From Octopus sinensis (lineage: Eukaryota): DNA of 64,000 bases. Location: assembly GCF_006345805.1 (NCBI RefSeq), contig NC_043004.1, positions 41,168,001 to 41,232,000 of the forward strand, written 5' to 3'. This document shows positions 60,888 through 64,000 of this stretch, piece after piece; position 1 is the first letter of the stretch; each line of letters begins with the position of its first letter. The notes below the pieces were generated by a model. It had not been told where the DNA came from. It ran no database searches and saw only the letters and a program-made list of their open reading frames with translations. The translations under genes were made by a program, and so were the position numbers.

Positions 60888-61426
60888 TCATCATCATCGT
60901 TTAACATCCGTATTCCATGCTGGCATAGGTTGGATAGTTTGATATGGAGCTGGCCAGCTGGGAAGCTGTCTAGACTCTAATTGTTTAACGTCACATGGTT
61001 TCTATGGCTGGATGCCCTTCTTAATGCCAACCACTCTACAGAGTGCACTGGGTGCTTTTTATGTTCCACTGGCACAAGTGCATTTTATGTGACAGTGGCA
61101 CCTGAGAAGGTCAAGCCTGTGTGTATGGATGACAGTGATTCTACTGAGCTTGATGCATCTTTAAAAATTAGCCCTTGTGCCGGTGGCATGTAAAACGCAC
61201 CATCTGAGCATGGCTGTTCGCCAGCCTTGTCTGGCACCTGTGTCGGTGGCACGTAAAATGCACCCACTACACTCACAGAGTGGTTGGCGTTAGGAAGGGC
61301 ATCCAGCTGAAGAAACACTGCCAGATCTGACTGGAGCCTGGTGCAGCCTTCGGGCTTCCCAGACCCCAGTTGAACCGTCCAACACATGCTAGCATGGAAA
61401 GCGGACGTTAAACGATGATGATGATG
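60888..61426. mobile_element. two family D copies in head-to-head inverted arrangement (60888-61110 -, 61176-61426 +)
   Basis: (cat)n tail at the left, (gat)n tail at the right. Confidence 0.82.
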
Positions 61427-61967
61427 AAAAGCATTTAAGAGTTGGAAACAGGAAGAGCATCTTAAACATAAAATATCCCCTCAAATAAATCCTCATCCAC
61501 CCATGATAGCATGGAAAAGCATACATTAAATGAACTGAAAATACTCTATTATGACAATAAAAAAGACTTTGTGGAGAACTAATCTTACATTTTTTTTCTG
61601 TCATTGATTCCGGCATATATTTCACCCTAGTGTCACATCATCATCACCATAATCATTCCCATCATCAATGTCATCATCATGGTCAACATCATCATCATTA
61701 CCATTATCAATTTAATGTCCACTTTGCATGGCCCAGGCAAAATTTATTGAGGCTGATTCCCTACAACTGGATGCCCTTGCTGTCACCAACCCTCACTTCT
61801 TTCCAAGCAAGGTGATATTTCAGAATGGAAGACAAAAAATGAACAACACCACTAGTATGACAGTGATGCTCATTTACAGTTATGATCATATCATTGATTT
61901 TTTTAAAATTTCATATTCATTCTTCTTTCTTTAAAGAAAGTAGTGTGTGATAGGAGGAAAATTGGAC

Positions 61968-62395
61968 GGATCTTTTCGGTTTGAACGGCAGTTTTTAACA
62001 TAACTTCTAGGTAACTAAAAAATTTTAAACTTCATATACTGGTAGAATGTGTTTATAAAACAGCTTTTTCTCTTGGCTTTACTGAGAAAATTCTATAGTT
62101 TGTAAGATATGTTTTGTTTTTTTTCTTCAATTTCTGCAATTTCAACCAATCAATTACGTCTATTGAGTTAAAAAGCATTCTGTGCTGTATGAATATGTCC
62201 CTAGATAAAGAAACAGATTGGGTTTATTTACATTTGTGAAGAAAAAAAAGATACCCTCCCCCCCACCCCTAACCCTAACTAACCCTAACCCTAAAACAGA
62301 TTGAAATGCAATAGATCGATTCTAGGGTCATAATTATGGGTGACAATTTCATATGACACCGCTAGAAAAAACTGCCGTTCAAACCGAAAAGATCC
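61968..62395. mobile_element. MITE family M
   Basis: TIRs; flanks aattggac / aattggat. Confidence 0.92.
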
Positions 62396-62631
62396 AATTG
62401 GATTGCTATTTGTAGCAAGTCAAGTGATCATGTAGGGATTCTTACAATGGGACTTGGTGTAATTGGTAAGGCAGTCACCTTGAAGTATGTTTGACCCTTT
62501 AGAATTCAAATTATTGTCAAATGTTATGTTTATATATTTACATTGTTTTAAATTAATCAAACATTATCTCCATAACTTGGAGATTTTGATGACATGACTG
62601 TTTATTTTTAGAATGACATAGTAGGTAAAAG

Positions 62632-62870
62632 TAAAGTTACTTTCTCGATTCATACGAACTCATTAGGGCTGGTTTTCCAGTTTCATGGCGTATATATTCC
62701 CCACCTGGATAGGATGCCAGTCCATCACAGGATTACTCCTTTTAGTTAGCTGAGTGGACGAGAGCAATGGGAAATGATGTGCTTTGCTCAAGAACACAAT
62801 ACATCATCCAGTCCAGGAATTGAAATCACAATTTTAGGATCATGAGTCCAACATCCTATCCACTAAGCCG
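62632..62870 (-). mobile_element. SINE family G, inserted in a family F MITE remnant
   Basis: gctgagtggac..gagcaa..gtgctttgctcaagaacacaa; F-like sequence on both sides (62470-62970). Confidence 0.65.
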
Positions 62871-63095
62871 TATACTTCCCTGAAAGTGTGAGAGGCTGGA
62901 TCTGGATAGTTTGAACATAAATCAGAATACATGGGCTGGATATGGTCAGTTTGAATGCAAAAAGGATTAGCTACATGATGGATCTGGGGGGTAGACTTCT
63001 AGGGATCAACATCATTTTGATTTCACTAAGCTACAAGTTAGTTAAAGGAGATTTCTGTCTTACTATAGACATGTCATAACTAAAATCTTGCACAG

Positions 63096-63260
63096 TAGGA
63101 GTGGCCGTGTGGTAAGTAGCTTGCTTATGTACCACATGGTTCCGGGTTCAGTCCCACTGTGTGGCACCTTGGGCAAGTGTTTTCTACAATACCCTCGGGC
63201 CGACCAAATCCTTGTGAGTGGATTTGGTAGACGGCAACTGAGAAGCCCGTCGTATATTTG

Positions 63261-63299
<39 letters not shown>

Positions 63300-63505
63300 G
63301 TGTGTGTGTATGTGCTTGTTCCCCGAACATCACTTGACAACAGATGCTGGTGTGTTTACATCCTTGTAACTTAGCGGTTCGGCAAAAGAGACTGATAGAA
63401 TAAGTACTAGTCTTACAAAGAATAAGTCCTAGGGTCGATTTGCACGACTAAAAGGCGATGCTCCAGCATGGCCACAGTCAAATGACTGAAACAGGTAAAA
63501 GAGAG
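63096..63505 (+). mobile_element. SINE family A
   Basis: Full copy. Confidence 0.87.
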
Positions 63506-64000
63506 TATTTGGTTCAAATCATCAATATGAGACAGAAGAGAGAAACACTTCTCTGACATGTTCCCCTTTTCAATCTCAAATGGGTGATATGCTTTAAAAG
63601 CATATCGCTTTACACTGAAAATCTTAACAGTTAATTCATTCAAAATATCCCTTTTGATAAACTCCTTTAGAGTGAAATGTAATTGATATCTATGTTTATA
63701 TTCACACCAGCTCGTGTTAGCTTCTTTCTTAGCTAAAGCAGTAAGGAATTAATGCAATATATTAGAAGACTGCTCTGGGTAGGGATATAGAATGTACTTG
63801 GTATGATATATTACAGACTATAGTCAAATAATACACAAACACATTAGTAAAGTGCCCTGTATGTTTGGATGTGTGTGTGTTTGTGTGCGTGTGTACATAC
63901 ATACGTATATGTGTATGTGTATATATATATATATAAATAAATGAAAGAATGGAGTCGAACGAAGATGTTAACAAAATTCCTTTACTCTCAACACATTTCA

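Overview
AT-rich, microsatellite- and SINE-dense eukaryotic genomic DNA. The repeat families look like those of an octopus (coleoid cephalopod); this is from recall, not a database search. Two host genes converge tail-to-tail. On the + strand are the last four exons of an FG-repeat nucleoporin, most likely Nup214 (1-69, 954-1096, 2998-3022, 4859-4892). On the - strand are two exons of a FAM78-family gene (57293-57180 and 23721-23142) separated by a 33.5-kb intron; its 5' exon(s) were not found in the window. As I recall, the same convergent NUP214-FAM78A pair exists in human. The rest is a layered transposon landscape: at least five SINE-like families (labelled A-D and G here, plus a tRNA-headed element E), RTE, CR1-group and Tx1/L1-like LINE fragments (several nested with TSDs), a Penelope GIY-YIG remnant, a decayed intron-containing hAT element, mariner remnants, TTAA-, TA- and 8-bp-TSD MITEs, and a non-autonomous Helitron. 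Highlights are five minimal type-I hammerhead-ribozyme motifs in three contexts, an unexplained hairpin-dense island (15870-17165), and several snap-back or templated junctions. Most ORFs in the supplied track are microsatellite or antisense artefacts. All homology calls come from motif recognition by eye, and repeat boundaries without TSDs are approximate.
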